The position numbers were made by a program, and so were the translations under genes. A DNA stretch of 44,008 nucleotides from a virus. A model generated the notes under the pieces. It worked only from the letters and a program-made list of their open reading frames with translations. It searched no databases and was not told where the DNA came from. Position 1 is the stretch's first letter. Each line of letters begins with the position of its first letter. Location: positions 1-44,008 of the IMG/VR virus record IMGVR_UViG_3300034140_000006. The stretch is one strand, 5' to 3'. Shown here in pieces: positions 6,718 to 16,158 of this stretch.

Positions 6718-7392
6718 TTACGCCTTTCTCTGTAACGCTTTGCCAAGGAAATAGAACAGCAAAAACGCCAAGAGTGCTCCGACTCCCATTGCTACCCACG
6801 ACTGCCAGAATGATAGCCATTCCCTAGGGATATACTTAGGAACCGGAGGGCACGGAACCCGCTTCTCTGTCGGCACTTCAATTCTGTCTTCCCATAGCTG
6901 ATGTCTTAATTTCCCCTTATATAAATAAGCCTCGGACCTGGCATTCTTACCCACTATCGTAGACGTATCAGTGTTCGGCCGGCCGTTCTCTATGACACTC
7001 TGAGCTGCCCGGCCAGCCAGTTCCCGGTACATATCCCGTTCAGTAAGGGCCATTTTGAACGAGTCCCGTCTGGAATCTTCCCTCTCAATGAAGATGCGCT
7101 TCAATCGCTCTACTTCGTCCCTGCTATAGTGCGTATTTGCCTCTTTCTCCGTTTCGGTGTGCGCTCCCTCTATAATTACAGTGTCCCGGACGGTAACCGT
7201 ATCACTGATTCCCATTTCAGGGAATTCTTCCAGTGCTGCTTTGACGGCCTTTTTTGCCAGCACCTTATTTTTTCGCACAGTATTAAGGAAACCGGCTTCT
7301 TTCTTTGCCTGTCGAAACGCCTTGAAAGGCCCGCACGACTGGAGATTAATACCGACGAGGAGAACGAGGACGTATAGTTTCTTCATCAGCAT
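6718..7392 (-). CDS. Lipoprotein with a C-terminal transmembrane helix (o-spanin or u-spanin-like)
   Basis: 224 aa. Signal and lipobox-like MKKLYVLVLLVGINLQSC, a charged middle region, and C-terminal WVAMGVGALLAFLLFYFLG. The start overlaps the upstream gene by 47 nt. Confidence 0.55.
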   Translation of the reverse strand: MLMKKLYVLVLLVGINLQSCGPFKAFRQAKKEAGFLNTVRKNKVLAKKAVKAALEEFPEMGISDTVTVRDTVIIEGAHTETEKEANTHYSRDEVERLKRIFIEREDSRRDSFKMALTERDMYRELAGRAAQSVIENGRPNTDTSTIVGKNARSEAYLYKGKLRHQLWEDRIEVPTEKRVPCPPVPKYIPREWLSFWQSWVAMGVGALLAFLLFYFLGKALQRKA

Positions 7393-7717
7393 CTAACATT
7401 TTTTGCAGTCTTTCATTCAATTTCTTATTGCTCTCCACCATCTCTTTAAAAGATTTGCGGTCTTCCATTATCTCACTGTGTTCGTACCTTAAGATTGTCC
7501 ACTCTTGAGTGGGAATCTGCTGGGTTTTAATGGTAGTCACATCCGCTTCAATGTTGCTCACGCGCGAAAACAAAGCGAACACCAGCGTAAACGTCCCGAT
7601 AATTGCCGCGCTTGCTAAACCCAGCAACAATGGTATGATTGCCCGCGGTATACCAACGTATACTTTATCTTTATCCTTCGTAGTGCTCACGTTTATTTTT
7701 TGCGATAACAGACACAA
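7346..7717 (-). CDS. i-spanin-like type II membrane protein
   Basis: 123 aa. There is no ATG, so the start is TTG 7717 or GTG 7690. N-terminal TM IIPLLLGLASAAIIGTFTLVFALF followed by a charged helical region. Overlaps the lipoprotein gene as in Rz/Rz1-type pairs. Confidence 0.5.
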   Translation of the reverse strand: MCLLSQKINVSTTKDKDKVYVGIPRAIIPLLLGLASAAIIGTFTLVFALFSRVSNIEADVTTIKTQQIPTQEWTILRYEHSEIMEDRKSFKEMVESNKKLNERLQKMLDADEETIRPRSPRRY

Positions 7718-7776
7718 TAACAGCTTGTTATGTCAATTTTTTTGCTTATTTTGTATAATCTAATTCACGAAAAACT

Positions 7777-8262
7777 ATGGCAAACAGAACCAAATCCCCC
7801 GAAGAGTTTGAGTTGTTTTTTTGGAACAAAACCAACAAGAAAGCAGGACTTGGACCTAATGGTGATTGCTGGGAATGGCCCGTAAGTAAAAAGGGCACAT
7901 ATGGAAGGCTTCGTCACGGCAGAAAAGATCTGTCGGCTCACCGTTGCGCCTACGAAATAACACATGGTCCGATTCCAGAAGGCTTTGTAGTTTGTCACAA
8001 CTGCGACAATCGCGCTTGTGTAAACCCGGATCATTTGTTTTTGGGCACACACAAAGACAATTCCTGGGATATGGTAAAAAAGGGTCGTCATAGTAACGGA
8101 CAGCGCAGTAAAACACATTGCCCTAAGGGTCATCCTCTTGCTGGTGACAACCTTGTTCCTTGGCTCAACAAACGTCGTTGCCTTACCTGTAACAGAGAAA
8201 ATGCAAGACGCAAGCAGGCAATTTATCAAGCACGCAAAAGAGCACAAGCGACTCCAGCTTAG
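7777..8262 (+). CDS. HNH homing endonuclease
   Basis: 161 aa. Motifs CWEW...[35 protein letters not shown] and DN are the classic HNH_3 pattern. Opposite strand to all flanking genes. Confidence 0.9.
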   Translation: MANRTKSPEEFELFFWNKTNKKAGLGPNGDCWEWPVSKKGTYGRLRHGRKDLSAHRCAYEITHGPIPEGFVVCHNCDNRACVNPDHLFLGTHKDNSWDMVKKGRHSNGQRSKTHCPKGHPLAGDNLVPWLNKRRCLTCNRENARRKQAIYQARKRAQATPA

Positions 8263-8302
8263 TATGGCGTCCTTAACTGTAATCGTAGATGTTGCTAAGT
8301 CC

Positions 8303-8638
8303 TTATCGGCAGTTTTCACAGTCCTTTTTTTTCGGTACTATATCGTAGTTTTCGTATAGGTCTATCAACAGATTCGCGAAATCCTTTTCGGCAATGAGGC
8401 TTTTTGCTAACGATTCCGCTTCCATATCGTCTACCATCCGGCCTTGCAAATCATAGACGTGGGGCAAGGTATTCCTGATGTTATTAAGTCCGTCAATATT
8501 GCGCCGGGGTCCAAGGACCAAATGCGAGTACGCATAGATAATCTGGTCAATGAAGGGTCCGCCCAATGGCCTTCGTTGCGGTTTCTTGTATATAATAAAT
8601 AGGTGTAGGAATCGAATTCTCCATTTCCAGACTTTCAC
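8303..8638 (-). CDS. Hypothetical protein (111 aa; GTG start)
   Basis: Only long ORF between the endolysin and the HNH gene. The start codon at 8638 is GTG, so the exact start is uncertain. Confidence 0.45.
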   Translation of the reverse strand: MKVWKWRIRFLHLFIIYKKPQRRPLGGPFIDQIIYAYSHLVLGPRRNIDGLNNIRNTLPHVYDLQGRMVDDMEAESLAKSLIAEKDFANLLIDLYENYDIVPKKKDCENCR

Positions 8639-8677
8639 TGCAAAAACCTCCCGGCATCAGGCCATTAATCAACAAAT

Positions 8678-9274
8678 TCATTTCGTAATACTCTTAGTTG
8701 CTGAATCGGGCATTAAGGCCAAAAAGAATATCTTCGCATAAGATGCGATGAGGTCCGCTTTGTCCATGCCGTTAATGATTTTTCGAGCATTCACCCAGTC
8801 CTGAACCGTAACGTTGAAGTACTGAGACAGCTTACGACCTGTGAAACTCCCCCGGCTCATACCGTAGAAGCATATCTTTATCGCTACGTCTGCATCTAGT
8901 GCCCGTTCCGGCTTATTCACCAGATCAATTCCGAACACCTTCCCCATATTTTCATAATTGTACTTCCACGTCAGCTGCACATACCCACGACCGTAGTACG
9001 TTTCGCCGGTAATCGGGTCGGGTTTTCCGTAGGAATGCGCTTTGCCCTTTCCGTATTCCTCAATAGGCTGCATTGTCCTAGCAGTTTCGTGGTACGCCGT
9101 AGCTAAGATATAAGCCAACCAACGCCGGTCCCGGCCAGCGGGGGGATAGCCAATAATGTCAGCTACTTGCCAAAAGTCTAAGAACTTTTCCAGGCCCTCA
9201 AACGACTGAGTAGGGATACCCTTAGGAAAGAATCCATTGCGGACAATGTGGTAAAAGTGGTCCCTGTCTATCAT
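8678..9274 (-). CDS. Endolysin, glycoside hydrolase family 19 type
   Basis: 198 aa. YHETARTMQPIEEYGKG and YYGRGYVQLTWKYNY match the GH19 catalytic Glu and GRG-x-QLT-x-x-x-NY signatures. Confidence 0.85.
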   Translation of the reverse strand: MIDRDHFYHIVRNGFFPKGIPTQSFEGLEKFLDFWQVADIIGYPPAGRDRRWLAYILATAYHETARTMQPIEEYGKGKAHSYGKPDPITGETYYGRGYVQLTWKYNYENMGKVFGIDLVNKPERALDADVAIKICFYGMSRGSFTGRKLSQYFNVTVQDWVNARKIINGMDKADLIASYAKIFFLALMPDSATKSITK

Positions 9275-9286
9275 CTATTGCCAATC

Positions 9287-12200
9287 CTAGTATACCTTAA
9301 AATTGTCAAACCGCGGAGTGGTTCCAACGTAGCCAGAACCGCTTACTAGCATAAGTCCCACCTTAGTTTGTAATTGATTGAAATTGTCGACTACGTTGGT
9401 TAGTTCGGGAATACCCACGCCGTCACGGTAGACGGAAATTAAGTTATTGCTTAGAACCACCTTGTAGGTGTGCGTACCGGGTGATTGGTCAAGGTCGGAG
9501 GCTGCGGCCACACTCTGGAAGGCACCACCGGCAACTTTCTTATACAGGACTTCGTTTCTCGTTGTCCCATTGAGCGTCACGTCCAACATCCAAAAGTTGT
9601 TCCCATCTAAATACCGAAAAGCCACCCCGTTTTCCGATATGCCGCCGCCCACACTAGTCAAGTCAACCTCGACGGAACAGTTGCCAGAGGCGTAATCCAC
9701 ATAGGCAATGTTAACGAGCGTACTACCACTTCCAAGGGCTGATGAACAGTATGCCTGATTATTACTAATCCCCCATGTGCCAACTGCTGGTATCCAGGCC
9801 ACCGTGTTGGGAGAGGTCAGGTTACCCAGGCTACTGCTGTTGTCCGCCCTGGAGAAGTTGTCGGCATACTGGACATTATTCACGAAGCTCCATACACCCG
9901 GATAGGTGAATGCTTGTCCGATTTGCCCCGCCTGCCACTTATAATCAATATCTGTGTTCGTGCTACCCGTTGAGTTTATATTAGAGGTGTAATCCTTAAT
10001 CTGACCCTTGCCGATGGTTACAGAGTCGCAATTGGTTACTTTAATGGCGGGCTGGTTGACTGTTCCGCCCCAATCCCGAATCAGGAAATCACTAATAATC
10101 AGGTCCCGCATCAAGTCAATATCGATGCAAGGGCCGGTGGACCCCGACGCTGCGAACTGATTAGAAGTAATGTGGATGTTGCGAACGTAAGGATCGACAA
10201 TGCCCTCCAATTTAATGGCGCTTACCTGCCAGTTTTCGAAGCTGTTAGCAGTGATAATAATGTCGCTGGTTGCGTCCAGCGTGTTGGAACAATACACCAA
10301 GTACTTGAACATGGTAGCGGTCAGAAACGAACTTGCATCGAACTTGCAGCCAATTATTTTCATACCGCCTCCCGCGTACCACCAGATAGCCATGGTCCCC
10401 AGTGTTGCCGTGTCAAACGTTCCTGGCACAAACACCGAACTGGTTACCGACATATCGCCCGTATCCGTGCGGATGTTGTTGCCTGTCTTCAATCCAGCTT
10501 TGGCCGGCGCGGAAAATACGCACTTATCGATGTGGTAGTGAAAGGCACTCTGTATGTCTACCTGAAGGAACCCCCCGTAAAATGACGTGCTTTCAATCAC
10601 CATGTCCTGATTCATTCCCTTCACCACCACGAAGGCCCCGGCGGTATTCTTACCTATTCCGTCACCCTCAAAATGTAGGTCGTGAATCTTAACATGAGGC
10701 TTGACGTCGTCCGGTGTTTCGAATACGAAACCGTCGGTGGAGTTTTCGCACATCAGCAACACACTGTTGTACTGGACGGGCCCTAAACGATCCTTTGCAA
10801 GAACGCCGCCCGAAATCTGGTTCGCCATACCGCCCGCCATTCCAGCACCCTGGATGCGAATGGACTTGTTGATGGTAATGGTAGATTCTATTTCGTAGAA
10901 TCCACCAGGGAAGTAGAGTACCCCGTTGCCTTCCGCCTGGGCGGCGGAGATGGCGGATAGGATTGCCGCCCGATCTGGCGTACCGTAATGGTATTTCGTA
11001 TTCGAAACTGTTGTTGACGCGCTTAAAGCGAGTGTTACTTGCGTTGCTGACGTACGGGAGGCAATGGTAGTAACCAGGGGAGCACCAGCAGCACCCGCTC
11101 CGGTTACCACCACGCGTTTGCCTACGTCAGATGTGGCGAATGTTCCGCCCGCACTAGTCAGTGTGGCTGACCCTGACGTCATGGCCCCGTCGAACTTCAT
11201 TACCCCATCTCCCTTTGCGCCAAAATCTTTGACGTTATAATAAGGGAGGTTCTTAATTGCGCGGGAATCTAGTCGGTTAGCACCAGTAAGAAGCTCTAGC
11301 TTAGTTTTTATCGTTGCGCCTGTTTCTGAACTGCCTCCAGCACCAACGTATGCGGAGCCATTCCAGCGATACTGCAGGTTTGTGTCTTTGGCTAGGTATA
11401 GGAGGTCTGCTTCTCCGGTTGCAGGAAACGCAGCAAGGTTGTCGTATTCAATGTACTCGTTATCAGAAACGCCTCCAACACCAGCACCTGGCTCATCAAT
11501 TACCTTAAGCGCGGAAAATCGGGAAGTGGCTGGTGCTGACCCTACATAGTCATTGCGTACTGCATAGGTGCCAGCTTGAAGGTTAGTAATCGGACGGGTT
11601 GCATCAACCAGGAAGTCCTTGTCGATCACCAGGCCGCCGCCTAATATTCTAATATTAATAGGAGTGAATTGAGCGTTAGTCGGGGCTGTCGTGACCATCG
11701 AATGAAATCCTGAACCGCTTGATATCCTTACGCCATCGAACCAATATTCAGCGCCTGGTTCGCTTTTCAAGAAGCGCAGCCCGTCTTCTATACTATCAAT
11801 GTGCGTGTCTTCGAAGTGCAGCCGACCATAGAAACTGTTACTCGTCCCTGGTCCAGATGAGGTTTTTATCGTCGTCGCATTAATGTTGCAGTTATAGAAT
11901 CGGTAGATTACGAACTGTGTATAAGGTGCATCTTCTTCGTAGAAATTAAGCGCGCCCGACATGACGAATCGCGTATTGGCGAACTCAATTAATCCCGTGT
12001 TTTCCCTGAAAAAAGTACCGCCGGTTGATAGTGTAGTAATTGTTCCAACCTCGAAATGTGCCTTGGGTATCAGGCGTAAGCCCCAATCAGCCGACGCGCC
12101 AAGGTTAAGGACTCTCCCTTTGTATCGGATGCTACTAGCGTTTTCATTATAGAAGTTAGCAGTCAGGTTTATTTGGTCGAACTCCATGTCAATCGAACCC

Positions 12201-12688
12201 GTGCTCGTGAAGCCGATGACCGTCCCCGAAAACTTGCCATTCCCTCGTATAATCAGTGAGCCAGACGCGGCATTAATGACAGCAGAGGAGAAGGTAATAT
12301 CTGCCCCTAGAGGAATATAGTACCTAGCTGTTTTGCCGACAATCCCTAGCTGCGCTTGGTTGGTGTACGTCCCTGGTTGAATCCAGATAACATCTCCGTC
12401 TACGAATACCGCCTGTGCTGCTGCTATTGTAGAATAAGGCTTGTTGCTGTTGCCCCGTTCGCCCGTGGTATTGCTGCCCGTCGGGCTGACGTAGACCACA
12501 TTCCCCGCGTTCGCCGGGGGGGTGTAGGGTCCTGCGGATAGCGCATCCTGCTGATCAATATAATTCAGGATAAGCTTTCGATTCAGCTTGTCCTCTTTTC
12601 CACTTGTGCGGCCTGGCACAGCAACATTATTATCCTTGATTTTGGAATCAATGTCGTTATCGACCTGCGTCCTAGTTATCAGTGGCAT
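9287..12688 (-). CDS. Tailspike/tail fibre with two beta-helix (depolymerase-like) regions and a C-terminal lectin-like domain
   Basis: 1133 aa. aa ~80-110 NKPYSTIAAAQAVFVDGDVIWIQPGTYT marks a right-handed beta-helix N-cap. aa ~420-447 FPATGEADLLYLAKDTNLQYRWNGSAYV is a fibre linker motif. aa ~484 YNVKDFGAKGDG is the pectate-lyase-3 signature. The C-terminus NGVAFRYLDGNNFWML...YKVVLSNNLISVYRDG looks like a jelly roll. Confidence 0.8.
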   Translation of the reverse strand: MPLITRTQVDNDIDSKIKDNNVAVPGRTSGKEDKLNRKLILNYIDQQDALSAGPYTPPANAGNVVYVSPTGSNTTGERGNSNKPYSTIAAAQAVFVDGDVIWIQPGTYTNQAQLGIVGKTARYYIPLGADITFSSAVINAASGSLIIRGNGKFSGTVIGFTSTGSIDMEFDQINLTANFYNENASSIRYKGRVLNLGASADWGLRLIPKAHFEVGTITTLSTGGTFFRENTGLIEFANTRFVMSGALNFYEEDAPYTQFVIYRFYNCNINATTIKTSSGPGTSNSFYGRLHFEDTHIDSIEDGLRFLKSEPGAEYWFDGVRISSGSGFHSMVTTAPTNAQFTPINIRILGGGLVIDKDFLVDATRPITNLQAGTYAVRNDYVGSAPATSRFSALKVIDEPGAGVGGVSDNEYIEYDNLAAFPATGEADLLYLAKDTNLQYRWNGSAYVGAGGSSETGATIKTKLELLTGANRLDSRAIKNLPYYNVKDFGAKGDGVMKFDGAMTSGSATLTSAGGTFATSDVGKRVVVTGAGAAGAPLVTTIASRTSATQVTLALSASTTVSNTKYHYGTPDRAAILSAISAAQAEGNGVLYFPGGFYEIESTITINKSIRIQGAGMAGGMANQISGGVLAKDRLGPVQYNSVLLMCENSTDGFVFETPDDVKPHVKIHDLHFEGDGIGKNTAGAFVVVKGMNQDMVIESTSFYGGFLQVDIQSAFHYHIDKCVFSAPAKAGLKTGNNIRTDTGDMSVTSSVFVPGTFDTATLGTMAIWWYAGGGMKIIGCKFDASSFLTATMFKYLVYCSNTLDATSDIIITANSFENWQVSAIKLEGIVDPYVRNIHITSNQFAASGSTGPCIDIDLMRDLIISDFLIRDWGGTVNQPAIKVTNCDSVTIGKGQIKDYTSNINSTGSTNTDIDYKWQAGQIGQAFTYPGVWSFVNNVQYADNFSRADNSSSLGNLTSPNTVAWIPAVGTWGISNNQAYCSSALGSGSTLVNIAYVDYASGNCSVEVDLTSVGGGISENGVAFRYLDGNNFWMLDVTLNGTTRNEVLYKKVAGGAFQSVAAASDLDQSPGTHTYKVVLSNNLISVYRDGVGIPELTNVVDNFNQLQTKVGLMLVSGSGYVGTTPRFDNFKVY

Positions 12689-12701
12689 AGCGCGTTATGA
12701 G

Positions 12702-13643
12702 TTAAGCGTAGTCTAGTGAAGAATAATCTTCTGATGAATAATCAAGCATCCCTATAGGCAGCGATGGCACGTCAGGTTGACAACCATAATTGCGGAGGTC
12801 GAAATCTTGAGTGAAGATATCGATCCTTGCCGTAGCTGATAAGCCGCGCTCCACGTTCTCAATGTTGTAGGCCCCAACCGCAAAGTATTGGCAGCTATTG
12901 ATGAAAAAATACCGGTGCTTGCTTGCTGAAATAAGGCATTGATGGGTACGTTGATCCATTGCAGCCGTGCGCATTTCCTGCTTCTCATCAATGTAGACGT
13001 TGCCAAATCGCCGGTACCCATTAGACTGCCGGTAAACCGCCTCTTCGACCTGGTATTCAGGGAAAACAACCTCAACGTGTAGCCTAAACTGCTGATAAAA
13101 AGACAAGTCGGTACTATAATCGAATCCAAAGGCCTGCGTATCGTCTCGAAACCGGATTACGCTTGTTCGCCGGTGAAGGCCGTAGTGAAGGCAGGCCGAC
13201 AATGCCACCGCAGTAGGTACCAATCCATACGTTCGTTGTTGGTTGACCAACTGGTAACCAGTGTTATTTCCGCCTCCATCCAACTCGCAGGACGTACTAA
13301 CCGTTACCCAATCCGAGGTGTAATTGACCGTGTTGGTGTAGATTAATAGATTGTAATACCCGAATCCTAGTCCTGCAGGAATGTTTGCCGTACCGTAGAT
13401 GCCTGTAATCGTTCCTATATTAGCATTTATCACCACCCCGTTTTTCATCAGAGCAACCATTAAAGAAGTAGGTGAGGCATTCGGATAGATGAACTTCAGT
13501 ACGTCACCCCCACGCACGGGTAGCGCGTAAGTTCCCTCTTTCTGAATACAATCCAGGATAGCAGATAAGGGAGACGCATTTGCGTAGCCTTGAATGCCGG
13601 CGGGTGGTGTTTGCCACGTGAGGAAGTTATTATTTGCAGCCAT
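12702..13643 (-). CDS. Tail/baseplate-associated protein (313 aa), function unassigned
   Basis: Position between the distal tail genes and the tailspike. No motif recognised. Confidence 0.6.
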   Translation of the reverse strand: MAANNNFLTWQTPPAGIQGYANASPLSAILDCIQKEGTYALPVRGGDVLKFIYPNASPTSLMVALMKNGVVINANIGTITGIYGTANIPAGLGFGYYNLLIYTNTVNYTSDWVTVSTSCELDGGGNNTGYQLVNQQRTYGLVPTAVALSACLHYGLHRRTSVIRFRDDTQAFGFDYSTDLSFYQQFRLHVEVVFPEYQVEEAVYRQSNGYRRFGNVYIDEKQEMRTAAMDQRTHQCLISASKHRYFFINSCQYFAVGAYNIENVERGLSATARIDIFTQDFDLRNYGCQPDVPSLPIGMLDYSSEDYSSLDYA

Positions 13644-13646
13644 ATC

Positions 13647-14147
13647 TTAACAGCTTTGAATTTCGATTACTGCTCCTGAGACGTCAAGCCGGATAGACTG
13701 ATTAGTATCAACCAACTTATAATAGCCAGCAGGAAGTGTTTGTGTTAAGGCTTCGTCGCCGTAAATCACAGTTCCAACACCAAGCACTGCGTCGGTTTTC
13801 CGGGCAAAAGCACCACCACCACCCGAACAGGCATCGGAGTGACTAGACTTCGTTGAATTAGAAATAGCGAACTGGTAGTAATTAGTACAGCTGCCGTTTG
13901 CGTTTGCATTAGCCTGGGTATCCAGGGCATTAGCTGCAGCATTAGCTTGAGCGTCGGCATCTGCTTGACTTACATTCGAAGTGTAGGCGCCGGCCGCTAT
14001 GACAATATTCCAGCTCGTTCCGTCGAAGCCGCAATTATTCCGGGTAAGGGTTGAGGGCCTGAAAATAGCCGCGCTTTGAAAGGCGACTATCGGCAATGGG
14101 CACGCACTGGTATTAAGCACCCGTAATTGTCTCGTCTCTGTTGGCAT
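13647..14147 (-). CDS. Tail-associated protein with an Ala/Asn/Gln-rich motif (166 aa)
   Basis: RNNCGFDGTSWNIVIAAGAYTSNVSQADADAQANAAANALDTQANANANGSC resembles, from memory, the Bacteroidota DUF5977-type motif. Needs an HMM check. Confidence 0.55.
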   Translation of the reverse strand: MPTETRQLRVLNTSACPLPIVAFQSAAIFRPSTLTRNNCGFDGTSWNIVIAAGAYTSNVSQADADAQANAAANALDTQANANANGSCTNYYQFAISNSTKSSHSDACSGGGGAFARKTDAVLGVGTVIYGDEALTQTLPAGYYKLVDTNQSIRLDVSGAVIEIQSC

Positions 14148-16158
14148 TTGCTTTGATAAGTTTGAACATGGCCATTCCGCCCTCCCTGTTGGGTTCGTAA
14201 GTCACTTCTCGAATGAAGGCCGGTTGAAAATCAGTATTGGAACACGAATAATGCAGCGCATACACCGCGTTTTGCTTTAGCAATAGAAAATCCCCGAACG
14301 TCATGGGCTGCTCGAAAATCACCTCAATGGGGATAAACAACGCGTTTTCAACGTCTCCGTCTAAATTTGCCCGTTCTGAAATGCCACCAGCTACTAATTC
14401 GTAGTTACCTGTGCCAGACACGAACTTTGCTACTTGATCCGAACTCCTGAACAGGCATCCGGCAAATATTTTTCGCCATCTCAACAGGCAACGAACCGGG
14501 GAAAACCGCAAATTATAAGCAGACCCGGGGCTGATGAGGTTGCTTACCGGCTCGTATCCTTCGTTCCTTTCCGGGCGTATGATCGTGCTATCCCGCAAGC
14601 AGGCAATGAAAAACAGGTTGTTATCGGTAGGGTAGTCAGTAGTACCGTTCGTCTTAAAAAGCTGACGGCGGGTAAACTCTATGGCATAGCCGGAGGTGAT
14701 AACTGTAGTTCTGATCTCCAGCTTATTTTTATGCTGCCGGATGGGTAGCACATAATTGCGCTTGGTATTGAACTCATCCAGCTTATTAAGCTGCTTGGTA
14801 TCTCCCTGGTTTTGATAGTCGAACTCAACCTCTGAATATACATCCGATAGGGACACATTTTCCTGAATGTCTGCCACATAGGCAAACTCCCGGGTACCTT
14901 TGAGCTTATAGAAATACGCTTTTGGCTCTATGCGCAGGTGCATGCCTTCAATGCGAAAGCCTAAATTATAGATAGCATTCAGCCCTTCGAATACCTCTTT
15001 GAAGCTACTTACCACCGGTTTATCGGCAAATTGACGCAAGGCAAAGCCGTTTGTCAGGGCCGTAAGCGCACCTACACCATCAGCCCCGTAGGTTAGAGGT
15101 ATCGAGTCAAGGCGGCCTAAGAAGTTGCTCCTAAGCACATCTGTTTGGCCAGTAACAGATTCCAGTATTCGATTCAGCGCCTCGTATACCAGATATGCTT
15201 TTGCAGTGGACGGCGGGAAAATGCTTGCTTCGTCCATAGTGAGGAAGCTCAACTGATCGTCCCACGAGAAAACACCCCTGGAACCTATAACCTGCACGAA
15301 GAAGTTGGAATCAGGAGGAAATGAAAATACCTGATCGAAAGAATAGTCTACGTTCGTGGTGCCTCCTAGAGGAGAGGTTGGCAGGGGAGTGCTATCGATT
15401 ACGGTATAAATAGTCTCACTTTGAACGCCGAAAACCCCCAGCCTAATGTATACAGGAGGAACGGCAACAAGTGGCCCGACACTGCTTTGCGCAAACTTGA
15501 TGCGTCCCTTGATCCTAATTGTACGAACCGCTACGCCCGCCGGATAAGTAAATCCTGAGTAAAATAGTGGGTTATTAAGATCGTAGCTGCCTGGTTCTAG
15601 TGCTTCGTCAATGTCTGAAGTAATAATTTGAAAGGGGGGCACACTGGCCAGCTCGTCCTCAAAGAAAGTGTAATCCTTCAGCAGTGGGTTAATTTTATAC
15701 TGTGCTGTGAAAAAGATTTCTTTGCTGTGCAACGGCAGCATAATCGGGGTTATGGCCGTAAGCGTATTGCCTTCTAATCCGGCTGCCTTGCTAAGGTCTA
15801 CGGGCGTTTCGTAGCGGTTGGTGAATAGGTTTGAAAAGGACGATTCTTTGATTCCTACCGCGATGCTGTGCGCTTTCTCCTTATAGAGAGAGAAGTTAAG
15901 AACGCCGTTGTAGGTCCAACCCTGGCAGTGTTCAATAAGGATAGGCACGTAGGCATCAATGAAGTCCGCTTGGTAAGCCTTCCGGACGATTTGGGCAGCC
16001 AATCCGTCGAATTCTAGGCTGTCGGAGAAGGTAAAATCGTATCCCGAATCATTTTGTGCCCTTCTCAGCGTGAACTTCACCCGGTCCCATCCAATAGGTT
16101 CCCAACCGTTAGGAATAACGATGCTATTAATGGTGAATGTCCAGGGGTTGAAGGCCAT
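14113..16158 (-). CDS. Distal tail / baseplate hub protein (681 aa)
   Basis: Immediately downstream of the tape measure gene, with a 1-nt TGATG overlap. Assigned by size and synteny only. Confidence 0.6.
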   Translation of the reverse strand: MAFNPWTFTINSIVIPNGWEPIGWDRVKFTLRRAQNDSGYDFTFSDSLEFDGLAAQIVRKAYQADFIDAYVPILIEHCQGWTYNGVLNFSLYKEKAHSIAVGIKESSFSNLFTNRYETPVDLSKAAGLEGNTLTAITPIMLPLHSKEIFFTAQYKINPLLKDYTFFEDELASVPPFQIITSDIDEALEPGSYDLNNPLFYSGFTYPAGVAVRTIRIKGRIKFAQSSVGPLVAVPPVYIRLGVFGVQSETIYTVIDSTPLPTSPLGGTTNVDYSFDQVFSFPPDSNFFVQVIGSRGVFSWDDQLSFLTMDEASIFPPSTAKAYLVYEALNRILESVTGQTDVLRSNFLGRLDSIPLTYGADGVGALTALTNGFALRQFADKPVVSSFKEVFEGLNAIYNLGFRIEGMHLRIEPKAYFYKLKGTREFAYVADIQENVSLSDVYSEVEFDYQNQGDTKQLNKLDEFNTKRNYVLPIRQHKNKLEIRTTVITSGYAIEFTRRQLFKTNGTTDYPTDNNLFFIACLRDSTIIRPERNEGYEPVSNLISPGSAYNLRFSPVRCLLRWRKIFAGCLFRSSDQVAKFVSGTGNYELVAGGISERANLDGDVENALFIPIEVIFEQPMTFGDFLLLKQNAVYALHYSCSNTDFQPAFIREVTYEPNREGGMAMFKLIKANANRDETITGA

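Noticed and set aside
7765-8319. 184-aa minus-strand ORF covering the HNH region
   Set aside because: It lies antisense to a + strand ORF with unmistakable HNH motifs. Its sequence is Cys/Thr/Phe-rich with no features, so it is a shadow ORF. The same reasoning applies to the + strand ORFs inside the tape measure gene (16264..16803, 17026..18387), the tailspike gene (10172..10692 and others) and other long minus-strand genes.
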